A program made the translations under genes and the position numbers. The notes under the pieces were generated by a model. That model saw only the letters and a list, made by a program, of their open reading frames with translations, did not search any database and was not told the origin of the DNA. From NCBI GenBank assembly GCA_951406725.2, contig OX597819.1:62558001-62622000 (forward strand): a stretch of 64,000 nucleotides of DNA, given 5' to 3'. Positions 14,995 to 28,829 of this stretch are shown piece by piece (position 1 is the stretch's first letter; each line of letters begins with the position of its first letter). Origin of the DNA: Octopus vulgaris (taxonomy: Eukaryota).

Positions 14995-15195
14995 GGAATT
15001 TACAAAAAAGCAAAAACAGAACAAAAGACGAAGACGGGTGTGTAAACAACAAACAAATGTATTAGTTTAACGCTCGGGAAGTGAAAAAGTCTTTTACGTT
15101 TCGAGCCTTCGCTCTTCAACAGAAAGGAACACAGAAATAAGCTGGGAGGAAAATAAAAAAAAAAAGGTTTAGTGGCTAGCGATCAATCATGGCGG
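14995..15195 (-). mobile_element. Short repeat (probable Penelope tail) with hammerhead-like fold; second copy at 57680-57865
   Basis: Minus strand 15126-15091: CTTT CTGTTGA A GAGC-gaag-GCTC GAAAC GTA AAAG. Near-identical element at 57680-57865. Confidence 0.65.
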
Positions 15196-15589
15196 CGCGT
15201 AGCGTTGTGTATGTGTGTATGCGTATGTATACACTCAGCTAGTATACTAGGGAGATATTAATTTGAGACTATTAAAACTGCTTTGTAAAAAAATTGTTAT
15301 ATTTTTTAATGAAATTGATCTGGAAGGGGTTGTGTCACATACATAGGAACGCATGTTTGATGAGAAGTGACAGCCGGTAGATCACTTCATCTCTCGAAGG
15401 AAGAGGGTGCGAGACATAACTGAGCGTTAGGTGTACATCTGATTTGGTGGTAAGTAGCCTGCTTACCAACCACATGGTTTCGGGTTCAGTCCCACTGCGT
15501 GGCACCTTGGGCAAGTGTCTTCTACTATAGTCTCGGGCTAACAAAATTGTGAGTGGATTTGGTAGACGGAAACTGAAAGAAGCCCGTCG

Positions 15590-15630
<41 letters not shown>

Positions 15631-15635
<5 letters not shown>

Positions 15636-17603
15636 AATTGATTTGCTTTTCGCAGGAAGGAATTTTTCATTCGAAGTATACGTCTCGCTTTTATCCTTCG
15701 AAACGTTTAGTAGATGAAACTTTAGCGACTGAAGAAGGGGATTTTTCGTTGTGCTTATTGTCCTGTATCTCTCTTTTTTTTTTGCCTGTCTTGTTCCTTG
15801 GTTTGTGTCTATGTTTTTCGTCTCTCTATGTGTTCGACGTCTTTTTGGTGTCCTGTACACATATATGCGTGTATATGTACATGTAGAGGTAGGTACGTAC
15901 ATATATGTTTATATATATGCATATATTTTATTAACATATTATACGACTAAACGCACGCACCCTATTAAGTAAGATTGTTCTGTTTATCAAGTTTGCCTTG
16001 ATATTAACTCTCACGCGACTCTGCATCTTTCTTTCTTTCTCTCCCATTCCCTTTTCGTCTTTTTTCCCTCACTTAACTTGTCTCTTCCTCTCTCTCTCCC
16101 CCTCACTGTTCTTCATGGTCTCCTCGCACCATTCCCCTTCTTCTCTCTCTTCCTCTTGCTCCTCCTCCCCCATTCCCGTCGTCCATCTGCGACGATACTT
16201 CCGTCGTAACTGCTATCCTGTCCTTTCTCGCCCGCCTTCTAAGGCCACTGGTCGACATCTTCCTCTCTCGTCGTCCACTATAATCCAGCGTTTGCAATAC
16301 TTTTTTCGTCTGGCGTTAACAGCCCTTCTTATCTTGTTCTCCGTGTCCTGTCTCTCACTGTTATATATTTATTTTTCCACTGTTTATATATATATTTTTT
16401 ACTGTTTATATGTTTGTACTGTCGTTACCGTCTTGCTTTTTTTACCCCTCTGCGAAAAGATCTCATAATTTTAATTGATTTGCTTTTCGCAGGAAGGAAT
16501 TTTTCATTCGAAGTATACGTCTCGATTTTATCCTTCGAAACGTTTAGTAGATGAAACTTTAGCGACTGAAGAAGGGGATTTTTCGTTGTGCTTATTGTCC
16601 TGTATCTCTCTTTTTTTTGCCTGTCTTGTTCCTTGGTTTGTGTCTATGTTTTTCGTCTCTCTATGTGTTCGACGTCTTTTTGGTGTCCTGTACACATATA
16701 TGCGTGTATATGTACATGTAGAGGTAGGTACGTACATATATGTTTATATATATGCATATATTTTATTAACATATTATACGACTAAACGCACGCACCCTTT
16801 TAAGTAAGATTGTTCTGTTTATCAAGTTCGCCTTGATATTAACTCTCACGCGACTCTGCATCTTTCTTTCTTTCTCTCCCATTCCCTTTTTCGTCTTTTT
16901 TCCCTCACTTAACTTGTCTCTTCCTCTCTCTCTCCCCCTCACTGTTCTTCATGGTCTCCTCGCACCATTCCCCTTCTTCTCTCTCTTCCTCTTGCTCCTC
17001 CTCCCCCATTCCCGTCGTCCATCTGCGACGATACTTCCGTCGTAACTGCTATCCTGTCCTTTCTCGCCCGCCTTCTAAGGCCACTGGTCGACATCTTCCT
17101 CTCTCGTCGTCCACTATAATCCAGCGTTTGCAATACTTTTTTCGTCTGGCGTTAACAGCCCTTCTTATCTTGTTCTCCGTGTCCTGTCTCTCACTGTTAT
17201 ATATTTATTTTTCCACTGTTTATATATATATTTTTTACTGTTTATATGTTTGTACTGTCGTTACCGTCTTGCTTTTTTTACCCCTCTGCGAAAAGATCTC
17301 AGAATTTTAATTGATTTGCTTTTCGCAGGAAGGAATTTTTCATTCGAAGTATACGTCTCGCTTTTATCCTTCGAAACGTTTAGTAGATGAAACTTTAGCG
17401 ACTGAAGAAGGGGATTTTTCGTTGTGCTTATTGTCCTGTATCTCTCTTTTTTTTGCCTGTCTTGTTCCTTGGTTTGTGTCTATGTTTTTCGTCTCTCTAT
17501 GTGTTCGACGTCTTTTTGGTGTCCTGTACACATATATGCGTGTATATGTACATGTAGAGGTAGGTACGTACATATATGTTTATATATATGCATATATTTT
17601 ATT

Positions 17604-17610
<7 letters not shown>
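15631..17610 (+). repeat. Head-to-tail 836/837-bp tandem repeat (~2.4 units), non-coding, flanked by (TA)n
   Basis: Unit starts 'attttaattgatttgc' at 15631, 16468 and 17304; units near-identical; inserted in the TA tract that follows a SINE head (15445-15590). Confidence 0.95.
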
Positions 17611-17655
<45 letters not shown>

Positions 17656-18367
17656 TATAAATATTTTATATAATAATAATTTAATAACATATTAATATAA
17701 TGTATTATATATATATATATATATATACACATAAATTAGACATATACATACATAACATTATATATACACATACACATATATACACTCACACATACATTCA
17801 CACATATACAAATAGACAGATGGGGAGAGTGAGTGTCTAGACAGCTGCAAAATGTCAGTGATAAAATGTCCACTTAAGTTATAATTTAAATTCTCCTTCA
17901 CAAACGAAGTACCAGATAAAGCAATCGACTGAATAAAACAAACATTAATTGCCAAGAGATATTATTTTAACAGACGACTAGACCAAGCCACAGAAGAACA
18001 AAACAACGTAAGAATGACACCAGAAATTACAGTCATTAAAAATACACAAATCAGAGATGGAATTTAGAACATGAATCAAAGGCTGAAAACAGGTGAAGGC
18101 ATCGTTAAGAATATCATAATGTACAACGTAAACTGCATCGCAGCAATCCGTGATTTGACGTTAAAGACATTTAAGTAAGGCTAAAATATGAAACTTCCTT
18201 ATCTACTACAAGCTAGAAACATGTAAGTTTGAGAAATTACAACTATCCAGATGTGTTATAAACTTCTTGACTCTTGTTATATTGATACACGACTACATCA
18301 CACTTACGTAGGTTTGTCGTGCACTTTTAAAACACTATGCTGTAGGAAGACGTTAGTAGACAACACA

Positions 18368-19089
18368 TCTATACTATATAAAATTTCTCACGAATTTAGG
18401 TGAATAAGGATGGGATGGTTACTGATAATGCAGAACAATGCTAAATTACACAAACGAACAACATACACATATTATAAAAGAAACATGCGACTAATCTATA
18501 ACATAAATCCCGTTCTGTGTGTGTGTGTATGTGTGTAAAAGATTTTAACGGTCGTATTTTTCAACTGATTTTTTCCAAACTGGGAACATACAATACTAAT
18601 ATTCCAGGAGTGGTTTTAGACTCTTAAAATGCCCCCCCCCACCACTGGGGCCAGAAAACACCCGTTCTTGGATAACGGGAAGTAGGTGATTAACTCTTTG
18701 CGAAGTAACTTTCAGAAATTGATTGTCTCCCTTCCATCCATTTATTAAAAAAATTATCACAATCTTATCTGATATATAAAATAGAGATGTGTGTATATTC
18801 GCTTTTCTCGTAAAAACGGCTTTACCAATTTCTTCCAAACTTGGGATGCGTGAATAATTTGACCTCGGATACATGTTAGGCTCTTCATTTGATTTTTTTA
18901 TTAGAAATAAAAAAAATATTGCTTTTTATATTAGATTCGCGTCTTTGAAAGTTAAAAAAATGTTTAATTCCGGTTTTCTAGCGTCAGTGACGTCAATATC
19001 TCCCTATCTATATCTCTCTATCCATATCTCTCTATTTATCTCTATTTATCTATATCTCTCTATCTCTTTATCCATCTCTACCTCTATAG

Positions 19090-19167
<78 letters not shown>

Positions 19168-19219
19168 GTATCTGTCTGTCTATATCTTATCTATCTATAT
19201 CTATCTTATTTATCTATCT

Positions 19220-19253
<34 letters not shown>

Positions 19254-20779
19254 TTTCTCTATATATCACTCACTCTCTATTGTTTTCACTTTCATTTTTC
19301 AGACACTATTGTTTTCACTCTCAGTTCAATCACTATTGTTTTCATTGTAAGTTTTCAATCAAATTACTGGCAGAAAGAAGTTCACAATTACTGATGGAAG
19401 TGATTTCATATATAACTTACTGACAGAAGTAACTTCATAAATTTCACTTCAATCCGTCCACTTCATTAAATTTGCCTACAAATTTCTTACTTTTGCAACA
19501 TTTTGTGTTTTTTTTAATTTTGTTGTGACGGAATTACATAATTTACTGACAGAAGTAACTTCACAAATTTCACTTAAATCTGTACACTTAGCTAATTTCC
19601 CTAAAAATTTCTTATTTACATTTGCAACGGTTTCGTGCTTTTGTGTTGTCAACGGCTTTTTTCTTGTTTCTTCGATACTGGCTCCGTGGTTGACAAACTT
19701 TTGGTTCACAAACTGACAAATTTCGCTTCAACCTGCACAATTCTTTATTTTCTGTAAAACTTTCTTACTTTCTACCCATCGTATTAAGAAATATAATTTC
19801 CGTTACCCAGTTATTTTCATTGTTTACTGTCTTCTGCACTCGGGTATTTCAGTATACGTGTATAACCATGCCTTGAAGGAAAGTCTGTAGAAATTTGTCT
19901 ACAATGTCATGGTTAGCCAAAAGAATGTTTCTGTCCAAAGAAAGTGAGACAACTGCAGAAAGGGAAGCATACCAAGAAACGAACAGACTGTGCACTGCAA
20001 AAGCCATAGCATCTCAAAGTAATAAACAGAGGTATGCACAGCTGACAAGGAATAGGATATCCACTGCAGAACGAAGAGCAGTTGCAACAGCTCAGAGAAG
20101 CAACTTGTATGAAGCAGCTTTCAATTATGATCTAGCAGTTCATTATGCCACCGATGACCCTAGAGTTTTTATTGGTGCAATGGCAACTGAGTGTATACAT
20201 TGTAAACAAGCATGTGACCTGAAAGACAATTGCACTGTGCTGCAGTGGTGGAAAGGTTAAACTCCCTGCAATCCCCCAACCCCCAGAGCCATTGAAGAAT
20301 CTGTGTCATCAACTGACCAAGATTCCAAGCACTTCCAAAACAAAATTAGGTAATACAACGCTGCACTACAGATGACATCATTTGGAGCCAGAAGAGATTT
20401 AGCTGAGCCAGGATTCATGCAAACTTTCAAGATCTAAGGTCAGATTTATCATCGGATTGGCTCTCTACTACCTCTGACAAATGAATCACCAAAATCGGCC
20501 CTTCATTGTTTAAAATATGTACCTGGATTTGGTTACGAAATAAGCTAGACAAAACGGGTTTTTGAATTACATGTATCTACTTTATATACACATACGAGTA
20601 GAAAACATTCTTTTAACATTTCACTTAACGTCTATGTTCCATGCTAGCATGGGTTAGAGAGCTACTAATGTAGAAAGTTGGTATCTAAGCTACTAGCAGT
20701 TGAGATCCTCGTAATCTAGGCGGCGTATTAAAATTTCATTAGTCTCTTTAACCCAGGCAACGCTGGGTATTTCTGCTAG
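18368..20779 (+). mobile_element. Internally deleted Helitron with both termini
   Basis: 5' A|TCTATACTATATAAAA; 3' hairpin ACCCAGGC-AAC-GCTGGGT then TTCTGCTAG|T; inserted between A and T; carries a RepHel fragment. Confidence 0.85.
19868..20495 (+). pseudogene. Helitron RepHel N-terminal fragment
   Basis: AAFNYD..IGAMATECIHCK..CSGGKVKLP..PPEPLKNL..SKHFQNKIR*YNAALQMTSFG..FMQTFKI*GQIYHRIGSLLP, matching hallmark Helitron N-terminal motifs, with stops and frameshifts. Confidence 0.85.
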
Positions 20780-21663
20780 TGAAGTAACACTCTACCGCTT
20801 AGATTTCAAATGCCAGCCACGATGCATAAGCAAAAATGAATGATAAAGGCTTCAGAAGTTATATTTGCCTACTATTAAACGAAGTCGTTACACACGTCAA
20901 TAAAACTTCACATTTCCATGAGAAAATCAAAGATATCTAGAAACGTTGATTTTGTTTGATTTAAGAACATTATTGTCCCAAACGAACCGTAGAGAACTCA
21001 CACAGAGTCACTGACCGAGAAGGTTATTTTGTTTATATAAAGCTATCATAGATTAAGCTCTTACCTTCGTGGATAGCTTAATTTGCATATCGCTGCATTT
21101 GATGGATCGCCATTAATTGTTCACTATATGTTTTATGCATAACTCAGCGTGATTCAGAAGAACCAGCGTATATTAAAGCATGAAAAAGCCTAGCTGCAAA
21201 AGAAATTATGGAGATTCTGATCTTTTTTACGCCCAACGAAATTATAGAAACAATATGATTACATTACTATTATTTGTCTCTTAGCTTGGTTTTCTAGGGG
21301 AGAAGCTTTAAAGGTAATACTTTTGAAACAAGACAAACTTTATATTCAGGTTATACTCCACAAGGTGCGCTATTTCATTCTCGATGCAAAAACTTGAATC
21401 ACTCGAAACTGCACCGACCATTTCTCATCTCAAGTCCGAGACCAAGAAAATAAATAAATTTTTTTTATTTGTTTCAGTCATTTGACAGCGGCCATGCTAG
21501 TGCACCGCCTTTAGTCGAACAGATCGACCCCAGTACTTATTCTTTGTAAGCCTAGTACTTATTCTATCGGTCTCTTTTGCCGAACCACTAAGTTACAAGG
21601 AGGTAAACACACCAGCATCGGTTGTCAAGCGATGGTGGGGGGACAAACACAGACATACAAACA

Positions 21664-21763
<100 letters not shown>

Positions 21764-21802
21764 CATATATACATACATACATACATACATACATACATAC
21801 AT

Positions 21803-21860
<58 letters not shown>

Positions 21861-22359
21861 ACACATCTAATATAGGATAAAATTTTTTCGATAAAAATGT
21901 TATCAATGGCTAGCATATTAAAAAATACCTTTAAAGGTTAAATTTATAAACAACTTATAAGTGTAGGTGGTATACGAGTGGGTATATATTTATAAAAAAG
22001 GAGTTTATAAAAATGAAGTTTCAAAACGCCGAAATAGCAGTAGTAGCAGTGATTGTTGGTCGTAGTAGTAGCGACCGTGGTGGTGGTGGTTGGAGTTGCA
22101 GCAGTTCATTGTTGAACTGGTCATTTCCCCAACTTTAGTCAACACACAACACACAAGACAGCTATTATGCCCTCCCAAACAAAAAACCAACACGTGGATT
22201 CTGTTGAGACTAGTAAGAAACAATTAAGGACTTTTTTATTATACTTAACTTTTAAAAATATTTTTGATAAGGTTCGTTTTTTCAAGAAGACCCGAAACAT
22301 GTAAAATTTCTAAGAAAATTAAAATTTATCTTATATAGTGGCGTTTTCAAACTTCTTTT

Positions 22360-22415
<56 letters not shown>

Positions 22416-22838
22416 TGTGTGTATGTGTGTTTTTGTTATCTGTGTCCCTGTTTGTCGCCCCACCATTGCTTGACAACCGATGCTGGTGTGTCTACGTCCC
22501 CATAACTTACCGGTTCGACAAAAGAGACCGATAGAATAAGTACGATGGCTCAGTGGTTAGGGCAGCGGACTCGCGGTTGTAGGATCGAAGTATCGATTCC
22601 CAGACCGGGCGTTTTGAGTGCTTATTGAGCGAAAACAACGAAAACTCCACGTGACTCCGACACGAGGTAGTGGCGATCCCTGCTGTACCCTTTCGCCACA
22701 ACTTTCTTTCACTGTTTCTTCTGTTGGCCTGTTCGCTTATCCAGCAAGGTGACGTCATTTGAAGGCTAAAACAATGCGAAGCGCATTGTGACCAGAGATA
22801 TGTAGCAACATCTGATAGCCTGGTCGGTGATCACGGGG

Positions 22839-22876
<38 letters not shown>

Positions 22877-23122
22877 TAGATATGTTTCGACCAAAGATTG
22901 GTCCAGGCCATGTCTAACTTAATAGCACCACCTGATGAAGAAAGAGTGAGAGAAAGAGTGGTGAAAGAGTACAGCAGGGACCAGCACTCCCTGCCGGAGG
23001 CTCGTGAAGCTTTTAGGTGTTTTCGCTCAATAAACACACACAACGCCCGGTCTGGGAATCGAAACCGCGATCCTACGACCGCGAGTCCTCTGCCCTAACC
23101 ACTGGGCCATTGCGCCTCCACG

Positions 23123-24115
<993 letters not shown>

Positions 24116-24122
<7 letters not shown>

Positions 24123-25906
24123 ATACCAACCCCGAAAAACCAAAAATAGTGAATCTTTCTAACCTAAACCTGTCGACACCACAAATAAAAATCCTTTCAA
24201 GAGGACTGAAATTCACCCCAACTCCGCAATACCCTAACCTGAGGGAAATACAGGATGACATCTCGCACTTTTGCAGAAAATTACGCCTCACAGAGGAATT
24301 TTTTGACAGAAAAACTAATAATAACGACGAATCAATGGTCTGTAACAAAAGCAACTATAATCCCATAAAAGGCAAAAACAAAACCTTAGACAAATTTTGC
24401 GATTACATCTCCAACTTCCCTTATGGTGAACTCCCACAACCTAAACTCAAACCCAACACCAGTAAAAGAGAATGGGAAATCATCCATACACTACGAGACA
24501 ATCATGACGTCACAATAAAGGAAGCTGATAAGGGTAGTACGGTCGTTGTTATGAATACTGAGCAATATAAAAACTCTGTATCTCTCCTTTTAGAGGATAC
24601 CACATACTACGAAAGAGTAGTCGACTACCAGCAATCCAAAACAATGACCAATCTGAAGGCACTCATTTACCAACACCGGAATGACTTGACAGCAAAGGAA
24701 TGCGACTACATTACTAAATTTAATTGCAAAACCAGCACACTCTATGGCCTTCCAAAAATACACAAGAGTCAAATTATCACAGAAGCTTGCAAAAAGTCCA
24801 CTTCAACCTGCATCACTATACCACATCCCACTGATCTCAAACTGAGACCAATAGTGGCAGGCCCAAGTTGTGAAACACACAGACTTAGCAACTTTATAGA
24901 TATCATCTTAAAGCCAATACTGAAACACATTCCAAGTATTGTAAGAGATGACCTGGACCTATTAAACCATCTCCCCAAACATGCCGATAAAGACACCTTA
25001 ATCGTTTCTTTTGATGTTATTAATCTTTACACCACAATCCCACATGAATTTGGACTGGAAGCCATTAAATTCTGGCTGGATAAATATCCCAATGAGATCC
25101 CGGAAAGAATTAAAAAAGAATTCATAATTGAGGGCCTCAAATTTATTCTGCAAAACAACTTCATGTATTTCCACAACAACACTTACAGACAAGTCTCAGG
25201 GACTGCAATGGGTACGAAAGTTGCACCTACCTATGCAAACCTGGTGATGGCCTACCTGGAATCACATATCTATGAAAAATCCAAATATAAGTACGGCCAG
25301 TCTTTCCACAAATACCTGTTGGAGAACTGGAAACGCTACTTAGATGATTGCCTCATCCTATGGTCCCACACACTCGACCAACTTATAGACTTCAAAAACC
25401 TTATCAACAGTGTAAATAACAACATTCAATTCACAATGGAATATAGTCAGGACCAACTCCCTTTTCTTGACATCCTAATCATTAAAAAAGGCGTCAACAT
25501 TGAAACTGACATCCATTACAAACCCACTGACTCTAAACAATACCTTCTATTCACCTCCAATCACCCAAAACACACAAAGACAAATATCCCCTTCAACCTA
25601 GCGAGAAGAATCTGCACTATTGTTTCAAATGACACAACACGAAATAGAAGACTCCGGGAACTAAGGGCAATTCTTCTCGAAAGACATTACCCGGCATCAC
25701 TAGTAGACAACGGAATAGAACGGGCCAAATCAATCAACATTCAAGACCTTCGAAAACCCAAACACATCCACAGTACAGTCAATAGCCTCCCTTATCTCTC
25801 AACACACAACCCAAGGAATGCAGAAGCTTACACTATTATATACAACAACATTCCACAACTAAATCAAGACCCACGCCTGAAAAAATACTGGCAGCTCATA
25901 AAATAA
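24116..25906 (+). CDS. Penelope-type reverse transcriptase
   Basis: Motifs [93 protein letters not shown]; 596 aa uninterrupted. Confidence 0.95.
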
Positions 25907-26391
25907 TAAAAAGTAAGAGACAACCTAAATCCCTAAAAAACCTCCTCACCAACGCAAAATTACACAACACAAACCCACCGCCCACCATCAAAAAATGTGG
26001 TCGCCCCAACTGTAAGACCTGCATCCACCTCATTGAGGGATCGTCGTACAAGTTCCACTCGGGACACACATTCATCATAAAAAATAACTTCACGTGCGCA
26101 TCAAAAAATTTACTCTACGTCATAAGGTGTGAAGGATGCCACGAAGACTACATAGGGCAAACGAGCCTTACCCTCAGAGACAGAATGACAGTTCACCGAC
26201 AACAACTGAGGGACCCCTCCACAAGACAGATACCACTAAGTGGACACTTAGACCTTTGTGCACACAATAAGTCCCCCAAATTCTTAGTCTTCCCACTATA
26301 CCAATGCTCGGACAACACCACAGACCAAACACGAATAAATAAGGAAAGTAATCTTATTCAAAAATACAGACCACAACTAAACATACTCTAA
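25885..26391 (+). CDS. GIY-YIG endonuclease domain of the Penelope element, separated from RT by a 1-nt shift in an A6 run
   Basis: KSKRQPKSLKNLL..KCGRPNCKTC..FTCASKNLLYVIRCEGCHEDYIGQT..LRDRMTVHRQQ..HLDLC..RINKE..IQKYRPQLN. One extra A at 25880-25885 would fuse it to RT. Confidence 0.9.
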   Translation: MLAAHKIIKSKRQPKSLKNLLTNAKLHNTNPPPTIKKCGRPNCKTCIHLIEGSSYKFHSGHTFIIKNNFTCASKNLLYVIRCEGCHEDYIGQTSLTLRDRMTVHRQQLRDPSTRQIPLSGHLDLCAHNKSPKFLVFPLYQCSDNTTDQTRINKESNLIQKYRPQLNIL

Positions 26392-26760
26392 CATACCCCC
26401 TGGAAGCACATCCAGAGCAAGCACACAGGGACGCGCGCACGCTCACAGCATATCGTGCGGGCGGGCACATGCGCGCATCGGCACGCATAGGACACACTAG
26501 CGGGCATTGACCGCACACATACGTGGCATGCACACGCATGCATTATATATATGTAGGTGATATATGTGTGTGTGTGTGTGTGTGTGCACTGTGTGCGTGT
26601 GTGTGCATATTGTGTGTGTGCGCGCGTTGTATGTGTTTGTGTGTGTGCACGTGTGTATATATGTGTGTGTGTGTGTGCACTGTGTGCGGGTGTGTGTGTA
26701 TGTGTGTGTGTGTGTGTGTGTGAGCATTGTATACGTGTGTATGTATTTACATATGTATCT

Positions 26761-26806
<46 letters not shown>

Positions 26807-28199
26807 TGTGTGTGTATATGCATGGTATGTGTGTATATGTTAGTACTTTGTTTGTGTGTATGTGCGGCATGTAGAGATATATTTGAGTGTGTACGCTATA
26901 GGTTTGTAATTTGTGTGTGTGGGGGGTGGTGAATTTTTTATATATATATGTGTGTGTGTATGTGTGTGAAAAAATATATGTATGTGCATGTATGTATGTA
27001 TGTATGTGTGTATATATATATATATATATGTGTATATATATGTGTGTGTGTGTATGTGTGTGTGTGTATATTTATTTGCATGTTTATGTGTGTATAAACA
27101 TGTACATTATTTGCATGCGCATTGTATATATGTATATTGTATGTATGTGTATTGTATATGTACGTGTACAATTAAGTGTATATATTTGTGTGTATGTGTG
27201 CACTGTATATATGTATATTGTAGGTGTGCTATATGTGCATGAATACATGTATATGCATTGCGTGTATATATATGTATGCATTGTGTGTGTATGTATGTTA
27301 TGTGTGTGTGTGTGTATATATATATTATATGTATGCGTACGTGTATGTGTATGCATTGTATGTATGTGTGTTGTGTGTATATGTGGTACATCTATGTATG
27401 TGTATGTAAACACTATTTATATGTATATGTGTATATATGTATATGCATTGTCTATATATATATATATTATATGTATGTATTGCGTATGTATATTGCATGC
27501 ATATATTGTGTATGTATATTACTTACATGCTGTATGTGTGTATTGTATGTGTGTATATATATATGCTAGGTGTATTTGTGTGATATTTATATTATGTATG
27601 TATGTGTGCGTGTGTTGTGTGTGTGTGTGTGTATGTGTGTTATATATCTGTGTATGTTATATATAGATACATGTTATATTTGTGTGCTGTGTGTATATGT
27701 GATATATGTGGGTGCGTTGTGTGTGGGTGTGTGTGTTCTGTGTGTGTGTGTGTTGTTTGTATGTGGTTTGTGTTTGTATACTATGTGTGTGTGTGTGTGT
27801 GTTGTTGTGTGTGTGTGTGTTTGTGTGTATATATATGTGTGTGACAAACAGACGCTGTCTGACCAGCAGGCACGGACACATCTATTCACACCCGCATACT
27901 AACCTCCTGATAACCCCAAAATCATTCATGCATAAAGGGGAAGTATACACCACATTGGCTACTTCTGTTCTCTCAGTTCAGCCTTTCTGCTAATACTGAC
28001 AGGTCAGTAAAAACATACTTAAAATATTCTGAGATGGACAAAAAATCCATTTTAATTTTTGCTGTCAAAACGCTGTATATATATACCAAAGATTGTATAT
28101 ATATACATGTAATGTGACAATTTGCGACAACCAATAATTAACGCAACCAATTCCCAATAATATATTTGTTTTATCCTTTTCTGCCAAATTTTCCCAAAT

Positions 28200-28428
28200 A
28201 ATGTGACAATTATGTATAAAAAAACATTTTTGAATTCATAATATCCAATGTGACAATTATGTAAAAAACTTTTTTGAATGCATAATATTCAATGTGACAA
28301 TTATGTAAAAAACTTTTTTTGAACCCATAATATCCAATGTGACAATTATGTAAAAAACTTTTTTGAATGCATAATATTCAATGTGACAATTATGTAAAAA
28401 ACTTTTTTTGAACCCATATTATTCAATG
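28200..28428 (+). repeat. ~45-bp minisatellite, 5 copies, in the Penelope 3' region
   Basis: aatgtgacaattatgtaaaaaactttttt(t)gaa[tg/cc]cataatat[t/c]c repeated, with alternating variants in copies 2-5. Confidence 0.9.
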
Positions 28429-28442
28429 TTTCCTTAAATGTA

Positions 28443-28483
28443 ACTTTTGACAATCTTTTACCAAAGAGTGAAACCGGTTAAGT
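28443..28483 (+). ncRNA. Type I hammerhead ribozyme variant (U3:A8) at the Penelope 3' end
   Basis: ACTT TTGACAA T CTTTT-acca-AAGAG T GAAAC-CG-GT T AAGT: stems I, II and a palindromic minimal III; followed by AATAAA. Confidence 0.65.
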
Positions 28484-28522
28484 AAATAAACATCGTTTAA
28501 ATTGCATTTTCAAACCTTTTTT

Positions 28523-28573
<51 letters not shown>

Positions 28574-28575
<2 letters not shown>

Positions 28576-28770
28576 TTAATTCAAATAAACAAACAAAGAA
28601 ATGAAAAAAAAGACTAACGCCAAGACGTGCTCAAGAAATATATTAATTGGAGGCTCGGTGAAGCGAGGAAGCTTTTTCTAACGTTTTGAGCATAGTTCTT
28701 CGTCGGAAAGAAGAAAGTCCAAAGAGAAACAAGGAGAAATAAGGGAAAATCGCTAACTGTCCAGATGCAG

Positions 28771-28772
<2 letters not shown>
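28574..28772 (-). mobile_element. Short repeat between TA tracts with a degenerate HHR-like motif; related copy at ~4630-4825(+)
   Basis: Minus strand TTT CCGACGA A GAAC-tat-GCTC AAAACGTT AGA; the ~4700 copy reads ttCCGACGA...AAACGTT followed by the same 'aattaatatatttcttg..cacgtc' tail. Confidence 0.5.

Positions 28773-28825
<53 letters not shown>

Positions 28826-28829
<4 letters not shown>

Noticed and set aside
15638-17673. Repeated 80-156-aa ORFs in the tandem unit
   Set aside because: Frames differ between units through homopolymer indels, most starts are non-ATG, and no domain motifs are present.
22875-22917. HHR-like fold on the minus strand (TTAGA..GACCAA/TTGGTC GAAAC ATA TCTAA)
   Set aside because: Stems I and II and GAAAC are present, but the core reads CATGGCCTG and cannot be fitted to NUGANNA; too degenerate to call.
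25877-25890. Second programmed frameshift between RT and GIY-YIG at CTG AAA AAA TAC
   Set aside because: In RT phase the heptamer is G_AAA_AAA, not canonical X_XXY_YYZ, and RT and EN are normally fused. A single lost A (mutation or homopolymer sequencing error) explains it.
28200-28428. CRISPR-like array
   Set aside because: Units are contiguous with no unique spacers, the context is eukaryotic and there are no cas genes; it is a minisatellite.
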